From assembly GCA_027036135.1 (NCBI GenBank), contig JALVSY010000007.1:356880-420879 (forward strand): a stretch of 64,000 nucleotides of DNA, written 5' to 3'. Position 1 is the first letter of the stretch, and each line of letters opens with the position of its first letter. Below are positions 50,039-60,796 of this stretch, piece after piece. A program made the translations under genes and the position numbers. The notes under the pieces were generated by a model. The model searched no databases. It saw nothing but the letters and a program-made list of their open reading frames with translations, and was not told the origin of the DNA. The DNA comes from Pyrodictiaceae archaeon (GTDB taxonomy: Archaea; Thermoproteota; Thermoprotei_A; Sulfolobales; Pyrodictiaceae).

Positions 50039-50800
50039 TTGACAATGATGATTGATATTCATAGTCATATACACGAGTTCGATGTTGAAGAGCTAAAGGC
50101 CTTACTCAATCAAGCAGAGAATATAGTCATAGTTGGTGTAGGCGACGATCTAGAAAGTTCTAAGAAAGTCATAGAGTTATCCAAGAATTATAATCAGATA
50201 GCACCATGTATTGGTCTTCATCCATGGAGTGTTAAGAGGAAAGAATCAATTAAGGAGGCTTTGCTAATAGTTAAGCTAGCGCTTGAGAACAATATAAAGT
50301 GTCTAGGAGAAGTAGGTCTTGACACGAAATTCGTGCCTCAGACGATAGAGCTGCAACGAGAGGTTTTCAAGGTATTTCTTGAAGCGGCGCGCGATCACGA
50401 TATGTTCCTTAACCTACATACAGCTGGGACCTGGGAGGAAGTATTCAATCTACTAGTTCGATACGATATAGGTGCAGCTAATTTCCACTGGTATACAGGG
50501 CCTAGAACATTACTCAAAGATATAGAGGCACATGGCTACACGATATCCATTAACCCGGCAGTAAAGATACAGAAAAAACATCAAGAAATAGTACAAGTAG
50601 CGCCGATCGAGATAATGCTTACAGAATCCGATTCACCTTATGAGTATAGAGGCTTAAGATTAACGCCATTAATGATAAGCGAAACACTGAGAATTATAGC
50701 AAATATCAAGGCGTTGGGGGTAGAAGAAACTGCTAAAAGTATTTGGGACAACTTTGTCAAAAAATACCTAAAATATTTTGATAATTGGCTAAAGCTTTAA
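50039..50800 (+). CDS. tatD: TatD-family nuclease
   Basis: IDIHSH, GLHPW, GEVGLD, FHWYTG and TESDSP. Confidence 0.9.
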   Translation: MTMMIDIHSHIHEFDVEELKALLNQAENIVIVGVGDDLESSKKVIELSKNYNQIAPCIGLHPWSVKRKESIKEALLIVKLALENNIKCLGEVGLDTKFVPQTIELQREVFKVFLEAARDHDMFLNLHTAGTWEEVFNLLVRYDIGAANFHWYTGPRTLLKDIEAHGYTISINPAVKIQKKHQEIVQVAPIEIMLTESDSPYEYRGLRLTPLMISETLRIIANIKALGVEETAKSIWDNFVKKYLKYFDNWLKL

Positions 50801-50806
50801 GAAAAA

Positions 50807-52633
50807 TTAGTCCTCCTTATGCTTGCCGTACAGTATCTCGTCGGGTACGATGCCTCTATAAGCTTCATAGTATATTGGTGTGCTTTTTAGTAGCTTTATG
50901 TTCCTAACATACTTGACATTGGGTCCTACGCCTTTGCCACCATACTTCTTCTTGTATTCTTCAAGCGGTATACCGTATTTCTTGATCACGTAGTCCCTAT
51001 AGAGATCATTTAGCACGTTGTATGCACAGAACGGCACTATTCTGCCATCTGGCATTAGGTAGTGGATGTTGCATCGCATAACTCTCTCAACATCGTAGTT
51101 ATACTGGTCCATGAAGTGCATGTTGCCCAGGAATAGTAGGCGGTAGTGTAGTTCGCCTAGCGCCTCGTAGTTGCGCTTTATAAATACGTTAACTAGTAGC
51201 TTGGTTATATTGAGGTCTCTTGGTATTTTCTCCTTTATAGTAAACTTTGGTAGGTCTTTGACTATGGATGCAAGCCTAAGCGTTTTTCTAAACCTAGCAC
51301 CAAAGCTTTCTGCATCCTTTCTAAGCTCTTGTGTCTTCTGATCCATGTACTCTATGAAGCCCTCAACATCGAAGAACTCTGTTATGGGTATGAATTTCTT
51401 GGGTAGACCATCAGCTCCCCGCTCAACAAAGACATAGGTCGCTGAGCCACATGCGGGATGGTTACCCATACACACTTTAAGCTCGCCACTCACAGCTTCA
51501 AGGAAATAAGCGAACTTGGCGGCCACAGGTATAGGGAACCACGCATCCATGGGTATTTGGCCGTCCGTTTGCTCTTCCACCCATTTCAGGACATCCGGTA
51601 TGGTTACTCTATACTTTCTTCTCTCATCTCGTTTCATCCTACCAGTAAGGCTCACTGGCTGGAAGTTTACACCTCTCACAACATCTATGTGCTTTGCTGC
51701 AAACTTTACTATAGCTCCCAGTTCCTGGTCATTTATAGTCTTGATAACCGTTGGTACTAGTACAACGCTGGTCATCCCCGCTTTACGAAATACCTCGAGT
51801 GTGTATGGGGCCTCCCAGTGATTCTTTGGATTCGCCCTAGGTGTCACGCCGTCAAAACTCATGTAGACGGTGTTTACTCCCGCCTCTCTGAGAACCCGTG
51901 CATATTCGACAGCAGCCTCCGGGCTTTTCTCGAACCATAGTCTCGCAAAGGTTATCCCATGCGTATTAAGCTGTATATGTGTCACACCCTCCTCCTTTAG
52001 CATCTTTATTATCTCCGGCAAATCCTCCCTAAGCGTCGGCTCTCCACCAGTTATCTGGACAGCCATTGAGACTCCTTGCTTCTTATACTGACGAATCATC
52101 TTTCTAATCTCTTCAAGACTAGGCTCGTACACATAGCCCATTTTCTCTGCGTAGAAAAAGCAGTACCAACACGACAGGTCACAACGATTAGTCACGACAA
52201 GATTTGCCAAAGCTGTGTGATTCTTATGCATTGGGCAAAGTCCACAGTTAAACGGGCAAGGCGCCTTAAGCTTTACATAGGGTACTACTCCAACTCCTTC
52301 CTCCTCGTACTTGAAGAAACGATGATATGTTCTTGCATCACCAAAATATAGTTCCTCAATCTCGCCGTGCTCCGGGCATACCTTCCTTATATAGACCTTA
52401 TTGTCTCTCTCAAATATTATCGCTGGTAATAACCTAAGACAGTATGGGCAAATGCTAGTAGTATATGCTATGAATTTTTCGCCTTCTTTGAGCTTCGGTA
52501 TCGGTCCTCCTATCTTTATTTCTCTCCCAGCAATTCTTATCGTCTTAGTCTTTGGGTCATATGTGCCTGGCGCTTCTAGTACCACATTCCCGTCGGTACT
52601 AGAGATTATTCTCTTAGCGTGAGTACTCGCCAA
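50807..52633 (-). CDS. tes: Tetraether lipid synthase (Tes / GDGT-MAS)
   Basis: N-terminal CPYC...CPEH and CPFNCGLC clusters, TNRCDLSCWYCF, VNFQPVS and RCNIHY.MPDGRIVPFC. Confidence 0.85.
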   Translation of the reverse strand: MASTHAKRIISSTDGNVVLEAPGTYDPKTKTIRIAGREIKIGGPIPKLKEGEKFIAYTTSICPYCLRLLPAIIFERDNKVYIRKVCPEHGEIEELYFGDARTYHRFFKYEEEGVGVVPYVKLKAPCPFNCGLCPMHKNHTALANLVVTNRCDLSCWYCFFYAEKMGYVYEPSLEEIRKMIRQYKKQGVSMAVQITGGEPTLREDLPEIIKMLKEEGVTHIQLNTHGITFARLWFEKSPEAAVEYARVLREAGVNTVYMSFDGVTPRANPKNHWEAPYTLEVFRKAGMTSVVLVPTVIKTINDQELGAIVKFAAKHIDVVRGVNFQPVSLTGRMKRDERRKYRVTIPDVLKWVEEQTDGQIPMDAWFPIPVAAKFAYFLEAVSGELKVCMGNHPACGSATYVFVERGADGLPKKFIPITEFFDVEGFIEYMDQKTQELRKDAESFGARFRKTLRLASIVKDLPKFTIKEKIPRDLNITKLLVNVFIKRNYEALGELHYRLLFLGNMHFMDQYNYDVERVMRCNIHYLMPDGRIVPFCAYNVLNDLYRDYVIKKYGIPLEEYKKKYGGKGVGPNVKYVRNIKLLKSTPIYYEAYRGIVPDEILYGKHKED

Positions 52634-52740
52634 CGGCGAATCCCTCTAACTACCTAACCCTAAAATAATAGGTGCTTTTTCACGCCCATTTAAATAGTAC
52701 AGTTCATAATGCTATCTCTACTCTTTAACACAATCGGGGG

Positions 52741-54471
52741 TTAGCATGTATGTCCTCTTATACTAAAGAACTTCGAATTCTCGCCAAGAACTTCTCTAAT
52801 CTCGTGGTCATTCTTAAAGGGCTTGCTGAGAGCGATTCTCCGAGCTAGTCTCTCTCCCACTATTTTCGACATAATAGTAAGTGCTGATTTGTTAGGGTTG
52901 AGGGGTATAGGTATTCCCCTAACGCTTCGAGCGGAATGAGAATATACATAAACATCTATAATTCCTCGCCGCGTTAGTCTGCATGGAATTTCAACTACTA
53001 TTGGATAGCTTCCTGCTTGTCGGGCGAACGTTACCTCGAGCCTCGGGTCATAGTATTCGATGTATACATAGCGAAGAATGGTACCGCTTGGCACTACTTG
53101 TTGAAGAAAGAGCCTTGAGTAATGCAATACTTTTTTCTCGAACCTCTTAGCAAGAGCTCTATACTTATCTATGAACCTTGTACCATATTTGTAGAGCTGC
53201 GTTCCTGGGAGTACGAGCACTTTCCTAACATTTATCCTTCTTACAAGTACCTTTCTCGAGTAGAGTTTTTCTATAAATTCCTCATTCAGTTTATACGTGA
53301 GTGGGCTCTCACCTATAAGCCCAAGCACGAAGTTTATCCCAGGCAAGAGCTCTGGTAATCCATTATACCCACGTCTTGATCCAAGCTTGGCTATAAGCTC
53401 GATGGCCTTTAGGGATTCATCTGGGTAGGTCTTTAGGTTATTAAGTTTAATAACCCTTGGATCAGCTGTCTCAATACCTAGCGCGGCAACATCGCCTGGT
53501 GTATGGTACTTAATGATAACCTTAAGCGCCTCAATGCTCTCCCTCTCGTGACGCACTATTGTACCTGCATTCGCGTTATCTATATGGAGCGTAAAGAGAC
53601 CGGGTGCAGCAACTCTGATGCCATAAAGTAGTTTCTCTAGTTCATTAGGGTTAGGCTTGGGCCACTCCCCTGTACTAAGTTCATTGCTTCCAAACACGAG
53701 TATGTCGGCTTGCCTACCGAGCCGGAAATGTCTAACTCCATGATTATAGAGAGCTTCAACCTCTCTAACAATATCTTCCACGCGTCGTTGCCTTGGCTTG
53801 CCGTAGAGCTTTGTAACGCAGAAGCTACAACCACCACTAATCCAACGAGGGCAGCCTCTATACGTCTCTATCTCTGCTATGAGATTGTAGCCGTGATTTG
53901 GGTGTTGTTCAACAATTTTTGCGCCTAGTATCGCGAACCTAGACACTGGTTCGAGATACTCGTTGTCAATTATTGCCCATGGTCTTGCTCTCTCCTCGCC
54001 ATACTTTACAAGCTCATAGATATATGCCTCAGGCTCGCCGGTCACGATTACGTCGAAGTTCTGCTTAACGGTCCGGGGGAGTGCTGCTACGCTTCCCCCG
54101 ATGTTTCCTATCCCCCATCGGGCTGCAGCACCTACTAGTACTTTGAATGGCTTGTTAATGAGTTTAAACCATGTCTGAAGCTCTTGGAGTGTTATAGGTG
54201 TTCCGCCAAGATATCTGCCTGGAACAACTGCTCCAGCTACTACTATGAGTAAGTCATACGTGTTTGCCCTCTTAATGAACTCCGGTATGTTGTTCCTAGC
54301 CTCGTCAATGGTGAGATAATGAACTGTTATACTTTTATCAACACTCCATATTGCCCCAGCAATATATCTTGGATAAACATCAATGTAGGGAGGTACGCCG
54401 AAGCCTGCAGGCTCGTCAGTATAACCATCAAGTATTAGCACCTTGCTTGGCCTAGCCAAGGCATGATTCAC
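52741..54471 (-). CDS. Uncharacterised archaeal radical SAM protein with CX7CX2C motif and C-terminal HhH-like tail
   Basis: ILDGYTDEPAGFGVPPYID, ETYRGCPRWISGGCSFC and HFRLGRQAD. Confidence 0.8.
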   Translation of the reverse strand: MNHALARPSKVLILDGYTDEPAGFGVPPYIDVYPRYIAGAIWSVDKSITVHYLTIDEARNNIPEFIKRANTYDLLIVVAGAVVPGRYLGGTPITLQELQTWFKLINKPFKVLVGAAARWGIGNIGGSVAALPRTVKQNFDVIVTGEPEAYIYELVKYGEERARPWAIIDNEYLEPVSRFAILGAKIVEQHPNHGYNLIAEIETYRGCPRWISGGCSFCVTKLYGKPRQRRVEDIVREVEALYNHGVRHFRLGRQADILVFGSNELSTGEWPKPNPNELEKLLYGIRVAAPGLFTLHIDNANAGTIVRHERESIEALKVIIKYHTPGDVAALGIETADPRVIKLNNLKTYPDESLKAIELIAKLGSRRGYNGLPELLPGINFVLGLIGESPLTYKLNEEFIEKLYSRKVLVRRINVRKVLVLPGTQLYKYGTRFIDKYRALAKRFEKKVLHYSRLFLQQVVPSGTILRYVYIEYYDPRLEVTFARQAGSYPIVVEIPCRLTRRGIIDVYVYSHSARSVRGIPIPLNPNKSALTIMSKIVGERLARRIALSKPFKNDHEIREVLGENSKFFSIRGHTC

Positions 54472-55636
54472 CTACTTGCCGGCTCATACAGTATGCCCAG
54501 CTTCGCTGCATAGGCCATTACTTCCTCTACTTCATCTCTATAGACGGGGCGAGCTAGCTCCGGCCATCTTTTCGGATATCGAGCTACAAGATTCTCTGGA
54601 CGATACTGGTCCATTATGTTCACGAGTATTCTATCCCGCGGCAGATTATTAGCTATCCATCTCATTATGGCTTTACTGCAACAATTGACATGTCCAGGTA
54701 ATACTAGGTGGCGGATAATCATGTCGCCTTCCTTGGCCGCTATTATGTGATTCCGTGACACTATGCTAAAGTAGTTCCTAACACCAGATAACCGGAATGC
54801 ACACTTATCATTACCGTACTTGAAATCGGGTAGCCACAAATCAATAACGTCTGTTAGGACCCTAGTTACCTGCTCTGTCATGTACATATTACTGTTCCAT
54901 ATCTGAGGAACATTCGTGTCAAGGTACTTGAAGGACTCTATTATAGTATGTAAACTAGGTGTAGGTTCACCGCCAACGTGATTAATATTACGTGCACCCA
55001 TTACACGTAGCTCGTGCTGAATCCGAGCTAACTCGCGGGGAGTAACTACATCACCACCCCTAGGATATTTTTGACTTATATCATAATTTTGGCAAAAGAC
55101 ACAAGTAAAGTTACAAGCACCGTAGAAAATAGTCCCACTAGGAACAAGAGGAGCTTCTTCGCCTAGGTGATGGAACCAACTATGTACATACGTCTTCTCG
55201 TCAAGCCGGCATGCACCGAGTCTCCTACTACGATCAACGAGGCACCTCCTTTCACAAAGCCTACATGGCTTGAATATTCTCTTAATAATCTCCACGTCTA
55301 GGTCCAAGAGCGAGACTATATCTCGAATTCCTCTCCTATCAACAATGTAGTCTTCAAGGAGATACCGTTCTTTGAGGGCCTTGTTCACGAGCCCACGATG
55401 CTCCCTGACACTTTTTCACGTAGATCCAGCAGGGTCTCCTCATCAAGTTTTTCTAGCTCCTTCTCGCCTATCTCAACTATCTTGGCTAAGAGGAAACGTG
55501 CGGGCACGCGATCAATCATCACTAAATAGTACCATTTAAGCCTCTTCCTTACCTCCTCGTTCTCCCAAACATATATAGCATCGGGTCTTAATCGCTGCCA
55601 TATGTGTTCCGGGACGAATCTTTCAAAGAATAGCAT
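54468..55636 (-). CDS. PflX-like radical SAM protein, split by a frameshift near 55410-55417
   Basis: CRLCERRC, GEEAPLVPSGTIF..CNFTCVFCQNYDIS and RHLVLPGH; N-terminal domain is in the separate ORF 55385-55636. Confidence 0.75.
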
Positions 55637-55684
55637 AGAGACCCCTTACCAGGAATACAGAACTAGCAGAGATGATGCAAGTCA

Positions 55685-55975
55685 TTAGTCTGACTGAGAG
55701 GCTCCTCCTTTCTCGGTCCGCTCTTTGACTATTTTGTATGCCTTCCAGAAGGGTAGTCTAACATAGTACTCTGCTAGCTCTAAGAGTTTTTCGAGTTCCT
55801 CGCGAGTTGCGTAGTCTATGGGCTCGCCCTCGTGCCCAGCTTCCTCCCACCTACTATGTAGCTCAACGACTAGCTTCTCTACATAGGGGTCACTGTAAAA
55901 GGCTGCCTTGTTTATCTGCGGAGCAGTTTCTACGAGAGAAAGTATCCGTTCCTTAAGCTCCACCTGTCTCACCAC
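55685..55975 (-). CDS. Conserved hypothetical protein
   Basis: ORF with GEPIDYAT motif. Confidence 0.6.
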   Translation of the reverse strand: MVRQVELKERILSLVETAPQINKAAFYSDPYVEKLVVELHSRWEEAGHEGEPIDYATREELEKLLELAEYYVRLPFWKAYKIVKERTEKGGASQSD

Positions 55976-55993
55976 TCGCCCTAGGCTCTCGCC

Positions 55994-57376
55994 TCATTTT
56001 TCTCTACGCTTAGCCGGGTATATTGCTTCCTTTGGCGCCTTCTTAAACGGCTCTAAGTACTTCCTAAGAACTCTTGGAATAACTACAGTGCCGTCCGGTT
56101 CTTGGAAGTTCTCAAGTATCGCTGTGATAGTTCTTGTTGAGGCTATTGCTGTTGAGTTTAGTGTATGGACATATTCTCTTTCCATGCCCTTTCTCCTCAC
56201 AAGCCTTATGTTAAGACGATAGCTTTGCCAATCAGTTGTATTACTAGCGCTCACCATTTCACGGTACCTGCCCTGTGCGGGCATCCACACCTCTAAGTCA
56301 TACTTCTTAGTAGCTGGTGCGCCAAGCTCGCCGGAAACAACATTAACAACCCTGTAAGGGAGCCCAAGGCCTTGGAACAATTCCTCCGCATTCCTTATGA
56401 GCTCTTCATGTATCTGCCAGCTCTCCTCGGGCTTCGCGAACACGTATTGCTCAACCTTATGGAACTGGTGAACTCTAAATATTCCCTTGAGGTCACGGTT
56501 ACCTGCTCCCGCCTCGCGGCGGAAACAGGGACTAATACCAACAAGTTTTATTGGCAGTTCGTCTTCCATAATTTCCTCATTATAGTATAGAGCTGCTAGA
56601 GAGTGCTCAGCCGTAGCTATTAAGTAAAGATCCTCCCCCTCTACCTTGTATATAGCGTCCTTAAATGTCTCTAGATCTATTACGCCCATCATTATCTTGT
56701 GCCTAAGCATGTAAGGTGGTTGCACAAGCTTATAGCCCTTAGAGGTTAAAGTATCTATGGCATATAGTAAGAGAGCGAAATCAAGCCAAACTAGGTCATC
56801 GAATAAGTAGAAGAACCTAGAACCTGCTACCTCGGCAGCTTTCTGCGTATCACCTAGCTTGAGGACGTGCTCTAGCATATCTGCATGGCCAACAGGTTTC
56901 CAGTCAATTAGTTCATAATCTATCTTAAAGCCCCATTTCTCTGTCTGCTCCTTAAACTTGTCCAAGTATCCAATATATACCCGAGGCCTACCCCAGAACC
57001 GTACTGGCACGTTCTCTTCATCAGAGAAACCTACCGGCACTGACTCGTGCACTATATTAGGTAATGAAAGAAGCACGCGCTGTCTTTTCTCCTCAATCTC
57101 GCGTAGACGCCTTTCAAGCTCCTCTCGGGCCTTAAGAAGCTTCTTAGCCTCCTCAATAAGCCTTCTTCTCTCTTCCTCGTTTCTAGCCTTGGCGATGCTT
57201 CTCGTGATAACATTGTGCTTATGCCTTATCTCATCTACTTCTCTCTTGAGCCTTCTCCACTCCTCGTCAAGCCTCCTAGCCTCGTCAACTAGGCTCTCAT
57301 CCATTCCTCTTTTCCGAAGACTCTCTCTAAGAATTTCAGGATTTTCTCGCAAATATTTCAGAATACTCCACGTCAA
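55994..57376 (-). CDS. serS: Seryl-tRNA synthetase
   Basis: [31 protein letters not shown] and HTLNST. Confidence 0.97.
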   Translation of the reverse strand: MTWSILKYLRENPEILRESLRKRGMDESLVDEARRLDEEWRRLKREVDEIRHKHNVITRSIAKARNEEERRRLIEEAKKLLKAREELERRLREIEEKRQRVLLSLPNIVHESVPVGFSDEENVPVRFWGRPRVYIGYLDKFKEQTEKWGFKIDYELIDWKPVGHADMLEHVLKLGDTQKAAEVAGSRFFYLFDDLVWLDFALLLYAIDTLTSKGYKLVQPPYMLRHKIMMGVIDLETFKDAIYKVEGEDLYLIATAEHSLAALYYNEEIMEDELPIKLVGISPCFRREAGAGNRDLKGIFRVHQFHKVEQYVFAKPEESWQIHEELIRNAEELFQGLGLPYRVVNVVSGELGAPATKKYDLEVWMPAQGRYREMVSASNTTDWQSYRLNIRLVRRKGMEREYVHTLNSTAIASTRTITAILENFQEPDGTVVIPRVLRKYLEPFKKAPKEAIYPAKRREK

Positions 57377-57520
57377 GCGAGAACCTCCCTCGCAATACCT
57401 TGTAGCTCTAAGTAGTTCTCCGGGTTAAAAGACAGTAACACTGAATGACGAAAACTAGGCTTTTATTCGCACAAACCTTAATACCCTATAAATACTCCTC
57501 AAAAATCCAGAGGATGCACA

Positions 57521-57673
57521 ATGACCCTTAAATCATGTGAAGATATCTGTAGTGAGCGCTGCATTCCATATGAAAACAGCGGATTCGAAGCCTATAACTC
57601 ATGCGTAGAAGAGTGTATATACCAATGCGCTACAATGAAAGATCTCAAAATAATAGATAAAAGACATAAATAG
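57521..57673 (+). CDS. Unannotated 50-aa six-cysteine peptide (2 x CX3CX3C)
   Basis: MTLKSCEDICSERCIPYENSGFEAYNSCVEECIYQCATMKDLKIIDKRHK*; TATAAATA at about 57487 and gagg SD. Confidence 0.6.
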   Translation: MTLKSCEDICSERCIPYENSGFEAYNSCVEECIYQCATMKDLKIIDKRHK

Positions 57674-57721
57674 CTAGACTGATGTCGCAGCATTAAGAGA
57701 TAGGTCCTTATCATTTCCTCT

Positions 57722-58141
57722 CTAGCCTTGTTTATTTTGCTGGCCTTGTTGACCATATATCTCATCGTAGCGCTGAATCCATTCCTCAACAACATCGTAT
57801 CCAAAGAGTTCCTTGAGCTGTTTTCTACCTTCTGGAGTAACTCTGCGAGGATCCCATGGTGTTTCAAGATCAAGCTCTATCTCAACATCCTCTGCCTCGG
57901 GCACTGCTTGGCGAATCGCCTCCTCGGCCATAAATGCAATCTGGCCAGCTATGGGGCAGCCAGGCGCTGTTAGTCCTAGCCGTACCTTGATTTTCCCATC
58001 ATCTATTTTAAGATCGTATACTAGTCCTAAATCATAAATGTTTACAGGGATTTCTGGGTCATAAACGTTTCTAAGAGCTTCTATAACTTTCTTCTTAACC
58101 TCTTCCGGGTCAAGCTTTTTTACAACTTTTTGCTCGCTCAT
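57722..58141 (-). CDS. DUF59/SufT-like Fe-S cluster assembly factor
   Basis: VYDPEIPVNIYDLGLVY, LTAPGCP and PW. Confidence 0.9.
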   Translation of the reverse strand: MSEQKVVKKLDPEEVKKKVIEALRNVYDPEIPVNIYDLGLVYDLKIDDGKIKVRLGLTAPGCPIAGQIAFMAEEAIRQAVPEAEDVEIELDLETPWDPRRVTPEGRKQLKELFGYDVVEEWIQRYDEIYGQQGQQNKQG

Positions 58142-58233
58142 ACGCTTCTCTCCTTTAACTAGTGTAAAAGGGAGTATCGTTTATATAGTCTACTCCTTCT
58201 TCTCAGAAACTCTTCACGTCCACTATGAACTCC

Positions 58234-58419
58234 TCATACATGTGTCATTCTCTTCGTAATGTAGTAGGCTATAAAGGGCGATAGCACTACTAGTACTGTT
58301 ACGGCATAAACGCCATATATACTCCTAGCTCTGATAAAGACATAAAGTAGAATAAATAGTGTTACAACAATAGGAATAAGCACAATGTTATATAACTTAA
58401 TAAGCCTAGAAAAACTCAT
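58234..58419 (-). CDS. Small 2-TM membrane protein
   Basis: Two hydrophobic helices, translationally coupled to the upstream gene. Confidence 0.5.
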   Translation of the reverse strand: MSFSRLIKLYNIVLIPIVVTLFILLYVFIRARSIYGVYAVTVLVVLSPFIAYYITKRMTHV

Positions 58420-59192
58420 TTCCCAGCACCCGCGAGTAATCTATCAAGCTCTTCTAGTACAAGTCTTGCCTTTCTCTCAGCTTCTTCACACTTCTCGGCA
58501 GAAGCGAGAACCTTAACATCAATAATAGGCTTTTCGAGCTCGTGTCCCTTGGGATGACTCTTAACATAACAATCTGGGCACTTTTTTGAAGCCCTGCGTA
58601 GTAGTGGTGCTAGACTCGACTCGGGTATACCCTTGATTTCCTTGCCTAGTTCCCGGATACATATCTCTGGGAAAACGTGTTGTATCTTATCAAGGGCTAA
58701 GGGTAGCATTGCCTCCATTTCGCGGGGAACACCTGGCAGCGAAATTATGTAAGTTCCATCAGCGAAGAGAAGTGAGCCAGGAGCAGCTCCTACTGGATTG
58801 GGGATAGGAATCGCTCCTGCTGGGAGATAGGCCATTTTTACACGTTCCCTTGTTAGTTGTAGTTGTTTGCGTGAGTAGAACTCATTAACCATTCGGAGAG
58901 CTTTCTCGTTTAACACTAGGGCTCTATTAGTAGCAGCAGCTATTGCCTCAAGGGTCTTATCATCATCTGTTGGCCCGAGCCCCCCTGTCGTAACCAATAT
59001 ATCGGCTCTTGATATGCCACGGCGCACTTCATTGACGATATCATCGATAGAGTCCCCAACATCAATGATTCTGTCAACGATTGCGCCACGTAGTGTTAGC
59101 TCCCTCGCTATATGGGAGGCGTTTGTATTAACTATACGTCCTATCAAGAGCTCGTATCCAATAGTTATTATCCATGCCCGGGGCCTGTACAT
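58416..59192 (-). CDS. CinA-like (molybdopterin-binding-domain) protein
   Basis: IG.ELLIGRIVNTN, GGLGPTDDDKT, NPVGAAPG and LPGVPREM. Confidence 0.88.
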   Translation of the reverse strand: MYRPRAWIITIGYELLIGRIVNTNASHIARELTLRGAIVDRIIDVGDSIDDIVNEVRRGISRADILVTTGGLGPTDDDKTLEAIAAATNRALVLNEKALRMVNEFYSRKQLQLTRERVKMAYLPAGAIPIPNPVGAAPGSLLFADGTYIISLPGVPREMEAMLPLALDKIQHVFPEICIRELGKEIKGIPESSLAPLLRRASKKCPDCYVKSHPKGHELEKPIIDVKVLASAEKCEEAERKARLVLEELDRLLAGAGK

Positions 59193-59240
59193 CTCAAACG
59201 ATACCTAGAAAACCCTATTCCAGGAACTCCTATTCAAAAT

Positions 59241-59312
59241 GCGCGCCGCCCCCCAGACAGCCCCGCGGCACGGGGCATGGATGAAGGTAAGGGGACTTGC
59301 CTCCCGCACCTT
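59241..59312 (+). ncRNA. Structured GC-rich ncRNA resembling the 49022 element (strand uncertain)
   Basis: ACA-gccccg/cggggc hairpin-atGGATGA...GACTTGCCTCCCGC. Confidence 0.4.
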
Positions 59313-59425
59313 TCTAATAAATATATTATAGTCAAACAATGCCTTATTGTTAGTATTAGAGAGAACAATAGAGTATACCTAATAACATAGATAATAATAG
59401 ATAAAAGTGAGAGAAAAGAGTATTA

Positions 59426-60763
59426 TTACATGAGTAGGTAGAGTTTACCATCTCTAATCGTGTTTATGTCAAAGCAGTACTTAACCTCAGTATACTCTCT
59501 TCTATACTCTGTTACCTCTTTTGCAACTCTCTTCGGATCTTCCTTGTCTATTAATACCCTCCTCATGAACCTTGCAATATCCTTCATATTGTCCTCTTTC
59601 ATACCATACCTAGTCATTTCCTGGACGCCGAGCCTCAGCCCGCTTGGATCTTTTATCGCGTCGGGAGGATCATAGGGTAAGAGATTCTTGTTAACTATGA
59701 TGTTAGCTTCCTCTAGTAATTGGGCAGCCTTAGCTCCCCCGCCCTGCGGCCTCACATCTAGTACTACTTGGTGGCTTCTAGTGTAGCCTAGATGTTCCCC
59801 TAACACCTTAAAGCCTTCAGCTGCAAGGGCCTCGGCTAGTGCCTTTGCGTTTCTCACTACTTGGTCTGCATATGCTTCTCCGAAGTATTTCATCTCTATC
59901 GCTGTCACAGCTAGTGCCGGCAATCTATGTAGGTGATGGTTACTGACGAAATAGGGGAATATCGCCTTACCTATGGACTTATAGAGTTTTTCGTCACGTG
60001 TAGCGACTATGCCGCCCTGTGGTCCGGGAAAAGTCTTGTGGGTAGATGCGGTCATTACGTCGGCTCCATGGTCTAGTGGGTTTCTCCATCTCTTACCAAC
60101 GATTAGCCCCAGTACATGTGCTGCGTCATATACTAGTTTTCCACCAACGCTATGAATAGCGTCGGCAATCTCCTTAACAGGATGTGGGAATAGGTAGACG
60201 CTGCCTCCTAGAACAGCGAATGACGGCTTAATCTCCTCTATGAGTTTTACTGCTTTATCCGCATCAACGTTCAAGTTCTCAGCATCGTATGGCATCTCTA
60301 TATGTTCTATGCAAAGTGCTCCCAGCGTGCCGAACTTTGTGTGGCTGACATGTGCTCCAGCTTGTACCGGGGCTATTACTGCCCTAGAGCCGCACTTACC
60401 TAGTACGCGAAAGACGGATGCATTAGCTGTGGTACCGCTTATAGGACGAGGATCGACTAAAGCTCCTCCGAGAAGCTCACCCATTATCCTTGAGACACGT
60501 ACCTCTACTTCATCAACGTATCTTGTTCCTTGATAGTATCTCTTGAACGGCTTACCTTCAGCATATCGATGCATCATATCAGATACATAAGCCGATAGGG
60601 CTAGCGGACTCATAGCATTCTCGCTCGCTATTAGGTTTATGGTCTCTTTCTTTCGCCAAATATTATGCCTCATAGTATAGTCTATTATTTCCCTTAGCTC
60701 TGGCGGTATTTTTGAGGAAGCTTCTACCCAGAACTCGTTGGACAAAAGCCGCACCAATAACAT
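59426..60763 (-). CDS. glyA: Serine hydroxymethyltransferase
   Basis: [34 protein letters not shown] and SGLRLG. Confidence 0.96.
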   Translation of the reverse strand: MLLVRLLSNEFWVEASSKIPPELREIIDYTMRHNIWRKKETINLIASENAMSPLALSAYVSDMMHRYAEGKPFKRYYQGTRYVDEVEVRVSRIMGELLGGALVDPRPISGTTANASVFRVLGKCGSRAVIAPVQAGAHVSHTKFGTLGALCIEHIEMPYDAENLNVDADKAVKLIEEIKPSFAVLGGSVYLFPHPVKEIADAIHSVGGKLVYDAAHVLGLIVGKRWRNPLDHGADVMTASTHKTFPGPQGGIVATRDEKLYKSIGKAIFPYFVSNHHLHRLPALAVTAIEMKYFGEAYADQVVRNAKALAEALAAEGFKVLGEHLGYTRSHQVVLDVRPQGGGAKAAQLLEEANIIVNKNLLPYDPPDAIKDPSGLRLGVQEMTRYGMKEDNMKDIARFMRRVLIDKEDPKRVAKEVTEYRREYTEVKYCFDINTIRDGKLYLLM

Positions 60764-60796
60764 GAAAACACGTATTCTTCTTTAGTAAACCTAGCG

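Noticed and set aside
57592-57873. 93-aa minus-strand ORF
   Set aside because: Overlaps the DUF59 gene out of frame and the better-supported plus-strand Cys peptide.
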